From Catajapyx aquilonaris (Eukaryota), in contig KZ539058.1 of the NCBI GenBank assembly GCA_000934665.2, positions 1 through 34,789 of the forward strand: DNA of 34,789 nucleotides. Reading direction: 5' to 3'. The notes beneath the pieces were generated by a model. It was not told where the DNA came from. It made no database searches and saw nothing but the letters and a program-made list of their open reading frames with translations. Both the position numbers and the translations under genes were made by a program. Positions within the stretch are counted from its first letter, which is position 1. Each line of letters opens with the position of its first letter. Of this stretch, positions 1-10,235 are shown one piece after another.

Positions 1-702
1 GACGATATTTTTTTTTGTTTTCAAGGGAAAAAAAATTTGGGTGAGGGAAAGGATATTTTTGAGGGACAAACTTTTTTTCGTTTTTCAAAAAAAAAAAAGA
101 AATGAGAGAGAAACACATCTTTGGTTTCGCGAGAGGTCACGTGAATGTCACTAGATGCTCCCCTTTCGCACTAGTAGTAAGTCTATTATGTTCTCCTTTT
201 TTCTTCTCCTCCGTAGGTCTTTTTTTTTTCGTTTAAAATTTTTAAAATGTTCCTCTGCTCCTGCCACAGTCTGTACACTCACGTTCAAGAACAAACATCT
301 TTGGCTTTGTTACAAGGTTGTTTTTTTTAAGCAGGAATTTTTTGGGTGAAAAGAAGGTGGGGAAAGGTGAAGTGTCCAGTAAATTTAGGCCATGTGCTCC
401 GGTTGATATTTGCATGAATTCCATAGAAAATCTTCATATTACCAAGTAGGGATTATAAATACCTTATGTAATTAGAAATTATTCGTTAATTTTAAATTGT
501 CAAAATGTTTGGTCAATGCACTGTGCAGTTGTTTACATTACGGTACGTACTTGACAAGTAACTGCAGTAAGTATTGTAATTCAAGTAATGATTGGTGAAA
601 TGTTTGTAAAGTTTCAAACAACTTTTTGGTAGCATGGTCAAGTTTGCATAATTTAAAAATTGCGCAATATGCCCATGGGCAGAACAATTTTTTCACCACT
701 TA

Positions 703-906
703 GGCCCAGTTGCAGCAACACAAATTATTATTATTTTAAACCTCTGACTATCCATTTGAAGCCAAGTTGTGTACGAACACAAATTAAGTAAATATCTCTG
801 ATATTATGTATCGGAATATTTGCAATCCATAATTTGAGTTTACAAAAAAAATTACACTGTGTAAAGGTACACATTATCTTGTCGGATAATTAAATACAAC
901 TGGGCC
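703..906. mobile_element. Small MITE-like element downstream of the stop codon (possibly in the 3' UTR)
   Basis: Terminal inverted repeats GGCCCAGTTG...CAACTGGGCC flanked by TTA and TAA; no coding capacity; GGCC termini resemble PIF/Harbinger-type MITEs. Confidence 0.55.
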
Positions 907-1142
907 TAATTATTACATGTACAGGATTTTTCTTTTAAATATATGAGTTGACGCAACACATGGCCCAACATAACTGTCCCTTCACACTGGAATGGGATCC
1001 TGACAATAATTACGCCTCAATAATTATTATTAAAAAAAGAGAATCCATCCGACACTTGAAGTATCCCTCGAGGGAGCGAAGAAGATGAGATCTTGACCTC
1101 GTCTTGACCTGCTGACTGGTAGTTGCGTTGCCCTGGCATGAT

Positions 1143-1348
1143 TCAAATGCAGAGGTCGTTGGCGGGGGCCTTGTTGTTGATGTTGCAGTTGTTGAGGGAG
1201 CAGGCGCTACCCGTTGGCGATGCGGCCGCGGTGCTTCCGGAGGAGTTGGCCCTGGTGGCGGCCAATGGAGACCGGGCTTCTTCCGCCAATCCGGACGAAG
1301 ATGACCGGATTCCGTTCCCGTTCCCGCCACTGTAGTAGTAGGCTGAAC
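1143..1348 (-). CDS. sv: Pax2/5/8 last coding exon
   Basis: (S)SAYYYSGGNGNGIRSSSSGLAEEARSPLAATRANSSGSTAAASPTGSACSLNNCNINNKAPANDLCI*; acceptor CTCCTTCTGAACTTAG|GT; LL-SSxYYYS across the junction matches the Pax2/5/8 C-terminal motif; TGA at 1143-1145. Confidence 0.92.
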
Positions 1349-2088
1349 CTAAGTTCAGAAGGAGAGAAACATGAGTTAATGACTGTCTGAACTGAAGTCG
1401 TAACTACAAAGCCACAATCCGACTGAAGTTTTGTTTTTTGCGCATTTAGTTCAGTTACAATGATGGTGTCGTACTGGTGGCGCCATATCCAATATCGGCA
1501 AAAGGGCGAATCCAAATTTTCCTTCCTTATGACCGCCTTGAAGGTGGTCATTCGGAGGGTCGTGGCGCCACCAGTACAACATGGTGTCCAGCACTGTACT
1601 CCTCTTATGGCATTATCTTTTAAGATTTGCACAAATTTGTTTTAAAAATTTAAAATAAATATTTGCTACAGCGCAGCGCAGCGCGGCGAGTTTATCCTGG
1701 CTGTTGGCTTCCCTGCGTACAGGTATGGCGCATGGGTGGCCCTGTAGAGTCAGGATAAGCTTTAAAATCACTGAATATCACTTCAAAATAATAAGTCCAA
1801 ACAAATCGGGAAGGATGACCATAATGCGCTTCCCTCAGGGAGTAAATTCTTGATTTAAATATGATAGTTGAACTAATAACTTCAGTCGAACATGTAGCCG
1901 TGTGAACTAGGTGTGAAACTACGGTGTGTGTACTAAACAAAAATAATGGTGCGTCAGCGTGCTGGGAAGAGGTGCGATACATGCAGACGGTTGTCTCCTG
2001 GTATGTACACAGACGACGGATGATAAGAACCCAAGCACCCCCACACAGCACGGAACGAAACAAAGACGTATACTCACGGGTTACTTAC

Positions 2089-2208
2089 TAAGCAACCCTC
2101 CGGCTCCGTAGCCATAGGTGCCGTACGAAGCCGTGTACTGCGAGTAGGGCGAACTGTACGAGTAGTCCGCTCCCGGTACCACAGCCGCCGGTACCGCACT
2201 GCCGCCAA
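2089..2208 (-). CDS. sv: Pax2/5/8 coding exon (Tyr-rich transactivation region)
   Basis: (V)GGSAVPAAVVPGADYSYSSPYSQYTASYGTYGYGAGGLL; acceptor TTTCATTCACAG|TT, donor CTTA|GTAAGT; 120 nt, phase 1-1; resembles the VPG..PY..Y C-terminal motif of Pax2/5/8. Confidence 0.9.
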
Positions 2209-2329
2209 CTGTGAATGAAAAAAATTAAGTCAGAACACATGCAGGTATTGATTGTCGTGTCAGCATTTCCTGTATACACTGGGGGCATGGTGGCAGAAGC
2301 ATCGTGTGTGTGTGTACATGTAGACTTGC

Positions 2330-2614
2330 CTGTGTACTGGTGTCCGAAGCTGGGTAGAGTATAGGGCGAACTGGCGGGTGTGACCGGTTGCAGGACGGTC
2401 AACGTGGTGGAAGAGACGGGTGTGTCCGCCTTGAGAGGAGATCCCGTCTGGGGAGGGGGCTCGAGCTGTTGTTGCTGCTGATGCATCTGGGGAGGTGGCA
2501 CAGGGGAACTTCCCCCGACCGACCCGTCCGCACCGCCCTGGGTGCCCGCCCCGGGGCCACTATCACCCACGCCCATCACTGGCGGAGTGCTCAGACCGCT
2601 GTACGAGCCGCTAT
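2330..2614 (-). CDS. sv: Pax2/5/8 coding exon (Pro/Ser/Thr/Gln-rich), followed by a GC donor
   Basis: (D)SGSYSGLSTPP...QMHQQQQQLEPP...TLTVLQPVTPASSPYTLPSFGHQYT; acceptor GCATGCAG|AT, donor ACAG|GCAAGT; 285 nt, phase 1-1. Confidence 0.88.
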
Positions 2615-2809
2615 CTGCATGCACCACAACAGAGAACACACGGGTCACAAAACACATGCTGGACATGCTCACATATGACACAATCACACAACATGACAAC
2701 ATGTAAGTTCTGGCATTAAATGAAGCATGCATCATATTTAGGATTGGGTTTGTATCTTTGTTTGTCCGCGACGAGTCATCACTAGAGCGCTAGTGTCGCC
2801 AACTTATTG

Positions 2810-2880
2810 TGACGTCACGTCGTTTCTGATTGGCTGGAGCCATCTACTACTCCAGCCAATCGGAGTCGACCGTGACGTCA
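2810..2880. repeat. Short imperfect palindrome/hairpin
   Basis: TGACGTCACG..GATTGGCTGGAG loop CTCCAGCCAATC..CGTGACGTCA. Confidence 0.65.
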
Positions 2881-2968
2881 GAGCCGGCCACCTTTTCTAT
2901 AGCAACTACATAGGACACGTAAACAGTCCATAATTACTACTCGGTTGCGTTCGTTAAAAAATCATCTA

Positions 2969-3113
2969 CAGTCCGTTAAACGAAAGAACGATCTGACGTT
3001 CATCCCAGCCTCCACCCGGCTCTTCCCTCCAATCATGTCCTCGAATCGCTCCGCAAGCATACCAATGCGCATGCTCAGTGTGACGTCAGATCGTTCTCTG
3101 GTTTAAAGGACTG
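2969..3113. mobile_element. 145-bp MITE, Tc1/mariner-like
   Basis: 31-bp TIRs (CAGTCCGTTAAACGAAAGAACGATCTGACGT vs reverse complement of the right end, 3 mismatches) with TA on both sides. Confidence 0.75.
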
Positions 3114-3429
3114 TACATCAGTAGTGTTCAGAGAGGGAGGATGCGACATCTGTGAGAGATATGGCACTACGTCCACAGTTGGTGGGCAGTGTTGCCAAAT
3201 TTTGCAACGGGTTCACTCTTGTAAATTACAACTGGTTAAATTTTAAATTGATATCAATTATATAAATCAACCAATTTCATGTCGCCTAATAACGCAAGCA
3301 CATATGATCGGGCACAATAATATCAGAACGAACAGGTCGATATCAAATGGAGTAAATTGTGTTGTTATTACCAATCATTCACTCTTTCTTTATCCATAAA
3401 AAAGAGAACAACACTATAACAGGGGGGGC

Positions 3430-4967
3430 CGCGTGCAAATGCCACACGCAAATCACGTGACAGTGACAAGTGACCCTATAATCGCAATCCATTTATAGGG
3501 ACTCGACCTAAAGTCAAAGAGGCGTCTTTTGCACGTGACGATTTGGCCAATACGGTGTGGGAATCGGCCCTTCCCTTCTCCTCCTCCTCCCACCTTTACG
3601 AGGAGGGGGGGTTAAAAAAATATAGAGCGCGTGTTGAGGTCGTGTCCTGGCAGCAAAGAGAGGTCATGAATTCCTGATGAGGTCCGTCGGGGGAACAAAG
3701 TGGGGAAAAGACTGCGGCGCTATGGACGCTCCGACACAAAGGCCCCCTCTCGATGGACATCGATTCAAAGAAGAGTAATTATCGGCTTTGTACGAGGTGG
3801 GGGGGGGGGGAGGCGTTGGGTTGGCAGGCGCTTGCATGTTGTTATGGGAAGCCACGCCCTTGGGGTCAATAAGTCCAGGAGCTTCCCACAGGGGTTGGTA
3901 CAAAAGTGAATATCATCAGGTCGAAAAGTACGGCCATCTTTCAGGGGAAGTGTCCAGGTAATTTTCTCACGCCGAATGTTTTGATTAGTGGTCAAGGGTG
4001 GGGCCATCTAACGACACGTGTGATTTTTACCTGCCAAACGGGCCAAGTGACATCCGTCAACATGGCTTCAATATTTAGACATTTTCTATTTTAAAAAAAC
4101 TGCATTATATACAGGGTGACATACAGTATGGAAACATATATAGACAATTGGTATCCTGGCAACCAACAATATAATATTATTGCCTATGTTTCCAGACTTT
4201 AGAGTCACCCTGTAGAACGGCTGTCTGTCTGTCCGTCCGTGGACAGGTATCAGGGCCTTAACTGTATGAGATAGCGGCAAACTGTTTTCGGATTCGGATT
4301 CAGTGTGACCAGAATATAGGTTTTATGGCAAACTTTCGGTGACCGGCCACTTCCGGTGTACCTGTAAATCGCATTTTTTAAATCCTATTAGGATAATATC
4401 GATATATAGGCAGAGAAAAATTTGGGAAAGTGCGGCCTCATCATCAATTTTCGATACTTATGATAGATGGCGCGCAGATTTTGAATTCTGGAAGGCGGGG
4501 AGATGTTTTTTTTCCCCGTTCGGCGGTGTTACGTTATACGTGAAAGAATTAATGAGAAAAAGTCTACTCGAATCACGCTCACAATTTCCAAATGACAGCA
4601 TTGTTGTAATTACTGAGCTGATATTAGCATATCTTGTGCAACTGTGTGTTCAACAGCAACTGTTTAATAATAATCATCATCAAATATTGGAAAAATAAAA
4701 TTGCTGACCGAAACTGACACCTCAATTGGACCACATCATCTACATGACGCCTTTGATGGCCCATCCCGTGAGGATTTTTCACATGCCCAGTGCCCACCAT
4801 GTTTTTTTGTGTGTTTTTTTTTGCGCCTCAAAATTAACTGATCGCGGAAGTCATCAGGTCAAATATGGGGCGGGGACTTGCCTGGCGTGGAAATAAAAAA
4901 AATGGCTTCTCACACGCCATTGAATCCTGAATTGACGCCTCCACACCCAACCAGATTTGTTCCCACG
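3430..4967. promoter_or_regulatory. Candidate Notch-responsive intronic enhancer(s): Su(H)/CSL and bHLH site cluster
   Basis: YRTGRGAA matches at 3556, 3843, 3883, 3964, 4907 and 4960; CACGTG at 3454, 3532 and 4015; CGCGTG at 3430 and 3628. Motif evidence only. Confidence 0.4.
4195..4460 (+). mobile_element. Interspersed repeat, possibly Helentron/DINE-like; second copy near 10090-10235
   Basis: Shares TAGAACGGCT..GAGATAG..GTTTTCG.ATTCGGATTCA..AACTTTCG.TGACC..CCACTTCCGG with 10120-10232; has a CTGT/CCGT microsatellite. Family assignment is inference. Confidence 0.5.
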
Positions 4968-5549
4968 ATCTCCCCTCCCCCTCCCCCCAAAAAGAGCGCG
5001 ACACCGGAAGTCAGGTCCCATCCTTATCTTAATACTGGCTGCTGGGGGCCCAAATTTCCAACCCCTCCAAGTCAGGCAGGAAACACAGTTTTGCCGCATT
5101 TCACACTCTTCCCCCTCACCCACTATGCTGACTGCCATTTTTTTTACCCCTCTTCATATGACTTTAGTTTTCCCCACCCCACACCCTAGGATGTGAAAAA
5201 AAATAATTTCACACTTGTGGAGAAAAAAAAATGGTGGGGATAAAGGTTTAATCGGCGTGAACATTTAGATGATGATGCTGAAACCGCAGATCTTTCACAG
5301 CTTCCGTAAAGGAGAAGCTCATATGCAGTGTTTTAAGCTATTTCCTCGACTAAAACTTTAATTGTGATATGAAAATTAAATAGTTATTTCAAATATGTCA
5401 ATTAATTTATTGAAAGACATCCATTAATTACCTGTAAATTCGTCTAGATTTTCATTTATTTTTAAATAATTATTTATTATCTCGTAATTCAATATTATTC
5501 AAATAATTATTTCTGGAGTTCAATAATTTTCATTCAATAATTAGTTAAC

Positions 5550-5960
5550 AACTTATTTCAATAATTTTCACCAATTAATTCACTATTTATTTCAACAATA
5601 ATGATTTTATCAATTCACTATTTATTTCAATAATTTTTACCAAATAATTCACTATTTATTTCAATAATTTTTACCAAATAATTCACTATTTATTTCAATA
5701 ATTTTTACCAAATAATTCACTATTTATTTCAATAATTTTTACCAAATAATTCACTATTTATTTCAATAATTTTTACCAAATAATTCACTATTTATTTCAA
5801 TAATAATGATATTATCTATTCACTATTTATTTCAATTATTTTCCATTTACCAATTTGCTATTTATTTCAATTATTTTCCATTTACCAATATTTATTTCAA
5901 TTATTTTCCATTTACCAATATTTATTTCAATTATTTTCCAATTACCAATCTGATATTTAT
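5550..5960. repeat. AT-rich minisatellite: 34-bp unit grading into a related 30-bp unit
   Basis: AATAATTCACTATTTATTTCAATAATTTTTACCA, about 5 near-perfect copies at 5613-5803; then TATTTATTTCAATTATTTTCCATTTACCAA about 3-4 times; no unique spacers. Confidence 0.9.
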
Positions 5961-6627
5961 TTGCTAATTTTTTATAATTATGAAAATATCTGAAATTATA
6001 TTAGGTTTTTTAAACAACTAACACCTAGTGCAAAAATTGCAAATCAATTAGAACATATTGCCTTTTTAATTGATCGAGAGTGTTTGTTAAAAAGATTAAC
6101 GGAGTTGTCACAAGTTCCGGAGAGATCAAAAGGATGCTCGCACTGTGCGAAATTATCATGTGGCGTTTTGCAAAATCGGGTTTTTGACGAATCATCACAC
6201 ACGGTTGAAATAATTGCCGCCTTCCTATAATCACATTTTATTTAGCAGGCCTCCCTCTCTGGTCATGATCAATTTTGGATTCAATTGCGCTCATGTATCC
6301 ACCGTCATATGTGCGGTCAGTTTGTCAAAATCTCATTTTTTTTCTCTCCATGTCTCATTCAAGCCAGATATTCACTATGCACAGTACATATTGCGCAAGT
6401 CCCCCAAGTTCAAGAGATGCAACCAATTTAACGTAAAAATAAGAATTAATTACAATATTTCCTTATTTTTAAACTGGTTGCTGGAAATTGAACTGGAAAC
6501 TTCCAACACTGCATACATCCACCATGTTAGTCCTATAACTAAGTGCCAGAAAAAAAGCAGTCCTTTTGTACAGATTTTTTTCTTCTTCTTCTGTCTCAGC
6601 TTTTGAAGAAAAAAAATGAAGCGTTAC

Positions 6628-6735
6628 CTGGTTGGTAGGAGTTAGCAGCTGTGGTGTCGAGAACTCCAGGCGCACCCAGCAAGGGCTTCATGTCCTGCAT
6701 GCTCATTGGCGTGAGGGGCGTCAAGGTACCGCTAC
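6628..6735 (-). CDS. sv: Pax2/5/8 coding exon (symmetric, 108 nt)
   Basis: (G)SGTLTPLTPMSMQDMKPLLGAPGVLDTTAANSYQP; acceptor CCGACAG|GT, donor CCAG|GTAACG; phase 1-1, open frame, GC island in AT-rich intron. Confidence 0.82.
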
Positions 6736-7691
6736 CTGTCGGAACGGATCAACTCCGTTCTAGATCCACCAAAACTTTTCCAAGCATATCCCATCCGGAA
6801 AATAGCATTTCAACCAAATCAAGCCCAAAAAATCGCACTCCTCTCCCATCAAACTTTGCTGGAAAGGGACTGTTACTTTCTCTTCGATAATGCTCTTTCC
6901 GATGATGGGAAAGCCTCTCTAAATGAGTTGAACTTTTCGTTTTTCAAACATCAATAGTAAGAAGATGAGGATCTGCGCAGTGGTAGACCTGACACCCCCA
7001 TACCAAACATGCATAGAAAAAAGGGTCTAACTACATCTACTTAAAAAAAGCAATTGCATGCCGGTAGATGGCGACTCTGGTAGTGCTGCCATCTGTCGGT
7101 TTTTAATACAACCCAAAGTGTTATGACTACGTGCCGTGTAAAAGTGTAGAAATTGTGTAAAAGCTTCTGCCACCATATTATATAGCCTTTGAAAGTACCT
7201 TCACCAGATAGTATCTACAGAAAAATGTGACCTACACCCGGGATAAATCAGTACACAATTGGAGTGATAAGGAAGGAAGATATCAAAGATGACCTTGCTA
7301 AGATATAGGGAAGTACGTAAGCAGTTGGAAATAATTTTTTTCCCATCTCCATGGTCCAACGAGAAAAGAGCACCGCTATAGCTGTTAGCTGTTTCTCATT
7401 AAAGCGTGAAATGTTGGGTAACATTTGAATTTTCGGTAAGGACCCAAATATTACCTGAATTTTCCATTTTTTAATAAGATTTTTATTTTTATAGCAAATG
7501 AAGAACTAACTAGGAACGGCCAAAATTGTGCGCCCCAAGCCTGCATTTTGATGCTACGTTTTTCGGCCCCACATCGGGCGCGAAACAAGTAGCAGTTACT
7601 GCTTATTGAAAAGCAGCTAAATATAACTTGCTTCTATTGTTGGACCATCCCAATTTTTTTAGTGGATGTTTCAGAAATTTTGGAGACTCAC

Positions 7692-7938
7692 CTAGAGACG
7701 ATCCGATTGGCGGCGTGTAGACCGGGGTGCTTTGTGCCTGGCTCATGCCGTTGAGGGAGTCGTAGAGGACATCCGCGGAGGTCGCGTTGCCCGCAGAGGT
7801 CACCGCGGTGGTGAAAGGTGTTTGGTGGTCCGCAACAAAGTACGGGGAACCGCCGTTCGGTGCGCTGACGGCGGGGCTGCCTAAGTCTGGGAGCAGCTTA
7901 GGCTCTTCCTTCATGCTCGCCCATTTGGCTGACCACAG
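7692..7938 (-). CDS. sv: Pax2/5/8 coding exon
   Basis: LWSAKWASMKEEPKLLPDLGSP...PVYTPPIGSSL; acceptor TTTTCCCCGCAG|CTG, donor CTAG|GTGAGT; 247 nt, phase 0-1; GC-rich coding island. Confidence 0.92.
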
Positions 7939-8507
7939 CTGCGGGGAAAAAAAAGTGTAAGGTTGTAACTCTTGTTCAGTAGACAAAAATTGCGTTATAT
8001 AACTTATAAGCTTGCAGTAAAGCTATCACATCGGCTGTAATTCCCGTCTGCTGGTTTACGTAACATCCGGCCAAAAACCAAAATAGAAATGCAATATTTG
8101 CTCAATAATTTCGTAAGTAGTGAAATATGTACATGCCGCACTTTTATTTTCCCAAGCAGATGCATATACTTTAAAAGGCAATTCCCACCCGGAGTCATTG
8201 GTAATGAATTACGACTGGTTTAAGTAACCCTGAGGGCTTTTTCCCATTGTTCCCATCACTGGAGATAATGGCGATGGTAGATGATGAGGATGCGGATGAT
8301 TATGACGACGGGTGAGGATGAGAGATGATCCAAATAAAGATAAAATGCTGGCGTCGTATAGGGTTCCGAATAGCCTTGACGCCAACTCAATTTCAGAAAA
8401 CAATTTGCTTGGTGGGAATTGAATTGAGATGACGGAGGAAAAAAAAAATATTACTTCAGGTTTGGTCATGCTCGAACGATTCACCCTTGAAAAATTTGAT
8501 GACTTAC

Positions 8508-8596
8508 GTTGGAATAAAGCTGATCACCGTTGTACTGTGCTGTCCTTTGCCTCTTCAGGTCGTGGTCTGGATGCCCGTTCAGGTCACGGTTGTCCT
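8508..8596 (-). CDS. sv: Pax2/5/8 coding exon (basic NLS-like region)
   Basis: Not in the ORF track; read by hand as (E)DNRDLNGHPDHDLKRQRTAQYNGDQLYSN. Acceptor CTTTTCAG|AG, donor AAC|GTAAGT; 89 nt, phase 1-0, bridging the flanking exons exactly. Confidence 0.9.
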
Positions 8597-10089
8597 CTGA
8601 AAAGTCACAGCGTTTTAAAATATGGACAGAAAATTTACACTTAGTATATCAATTTTGAAGCAAATACAGCTCGAAAATTACTATACAGTACAATGCTTGT
8701 TAATAATTGCTATTAATCACGACGTGCCAGCTGTATCTTTCAATTGAGTATTGCAATTTTTAACATAAGCTGCATATGTGATGATGATAACACTGGGACA
8801 CAGTTTTCACTGAATTGAAAATAATTAAGAAGCACAATACTTTTCAAGAAATCAATGCAATACAAGCAGAACGTGAACGTATCTTCTGAGTACTAAATGA
8901 CTAAAGTAATGACTTTCCATGCAAAAAAAAGAGTCAGGGGGAAAATGGGCAGGCAACTCGCACTCAATTCCAGGCAAATGACTCATCATCAGATCCGCTC
9001 TAATCGCCTTATAATCGCACTTCCGCATCCCACGCTGTTTGGAAACAACTCCTCTTCACAGGTCCTCCTCACCAATACGTTACTCCCTGATAATGATCGC
9101 CTCCATAATTTCGCAAAATCTGGTCGGAGCCATAAATCGCCCTGCTTCTTTTTTTTATATTCTAACTCGCTCTCTCCATGCTTCAAGTAAAGGGTCATTA
9201 AGCTCCCCTATATCCGCGACACAATATCGTCGCCCGTATCCGACATTAGCCTAATTACCTCCCGAAGGAGGCCCCAAAACCCAGAGTCACCTTCTTGAGC
9301 TTAGGTGTGATGGGGAGCGAATTTCTCTGCTAAGGCGAAACCATATTTCGCAGTGGGGAAAGGAGGATTTCCCTATAGGATTACCCCCCTTTCCTCTCCA
9401 CAATTTCGACTGAATCTAACCCGAGCTTTTGACTGTGGGGATAATAGCAAGGTGGATCTCTAGCTATACATAATATCATCTGGAAAGTGCGGACATTAAC
9501 AACCTAGCGTGAGAAATCCCACAGTAGCGGTTATCCTTGGTCCGAATCAGCCACCTTCACCTTTTGGCAATATATATAATAATAAAAAACTTCCGGCTGT
9601 ATTACCTACGAACAATGAGTGACATTGGACAGACATTCTAACCCCTCGAAAAGCAATCGGTCTCCTTCACATCATTATGATCATCATCATCATCATCTGA
9701 TGCACTCTCGCCCCCCGCCCCCTCCCCCATTAAAATAATTCGGCTTCCCCTCACCCCTCATGGCTGGCCATAGTTGCCTTCCCCCCCTCCTTTTTGCTAT
9801 ATCACATTGCAGCCGCTTAATTGAGCTCCTGACACTTGATGTGAGCTGCATCATTGTGATTAGATTGTGTTTGGAAGGGGCCAACACAAACACTCCTCCT
9901 CTTTCCCCCTCACATCCAGGATTAGAAGTTAGTCCAATTATGTCAATAATTGTGCTGCTTGTAGTATTATTCTCATTATGTGTTGTGAAAGACCGAAATC
10001 AGTAGATGGCGCACGCTGCTTATTCCGAATAGCGGCATGACATTAACGGATTATCGCAAAAAATTGGTATTTACCTTATGTTGATACCA

Positions 10090-10235
10090 ACTTTAGACTT
10101 TTTCTCATCAAAATAAGTATTATAGAACGGCTCTGTGTCCGGCAGGAGATAGTGACAAACGGTTTTCGAATTCGGATTCAACGTGATCAAAATAGGTTCC
10201 ACGGTCAACTTTCGATGACCCACCACTTCCGGTTT
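10090..10235 (+). mobile_element. Second diverged copy of the 4195-4460 repeat
   Basis: Colinear shared blocks with 4195-4356. Confidence 0.5.

Noticed and set aside
1..1142. Polyadenylation signal for the gene
   Set aside because: No clear minus-strand AATAAA was seen; the 3' UTR end cannot be placed and may lie outside the window.
1010..1632. ORFs 1010-1330 and 1207-1632 (-) and 1123-1335 (+)
   Set aside because: Alternative or antisense frames of the last exon; the splice phase selects the third minus frame (SSAYYYS...).
2088..2735. 215-aa ORF as a stand-alone gene
   Set aside because: It is the 2330-2614 exon plus intron read-through.
3843..3890. Inverted Su(H) pair as a canonical paired site (SPS)
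   Set aside because: The spacer is 32 nt, much longer than the 15-17 nt of SPS elements.
5550..5960. Regular 34-bp repeats resembling a CRISPR array
   Set aside because: Head-to-tail units without unique spacers, in a eukaryotic intron with no cas genes; it is a minisatellite.
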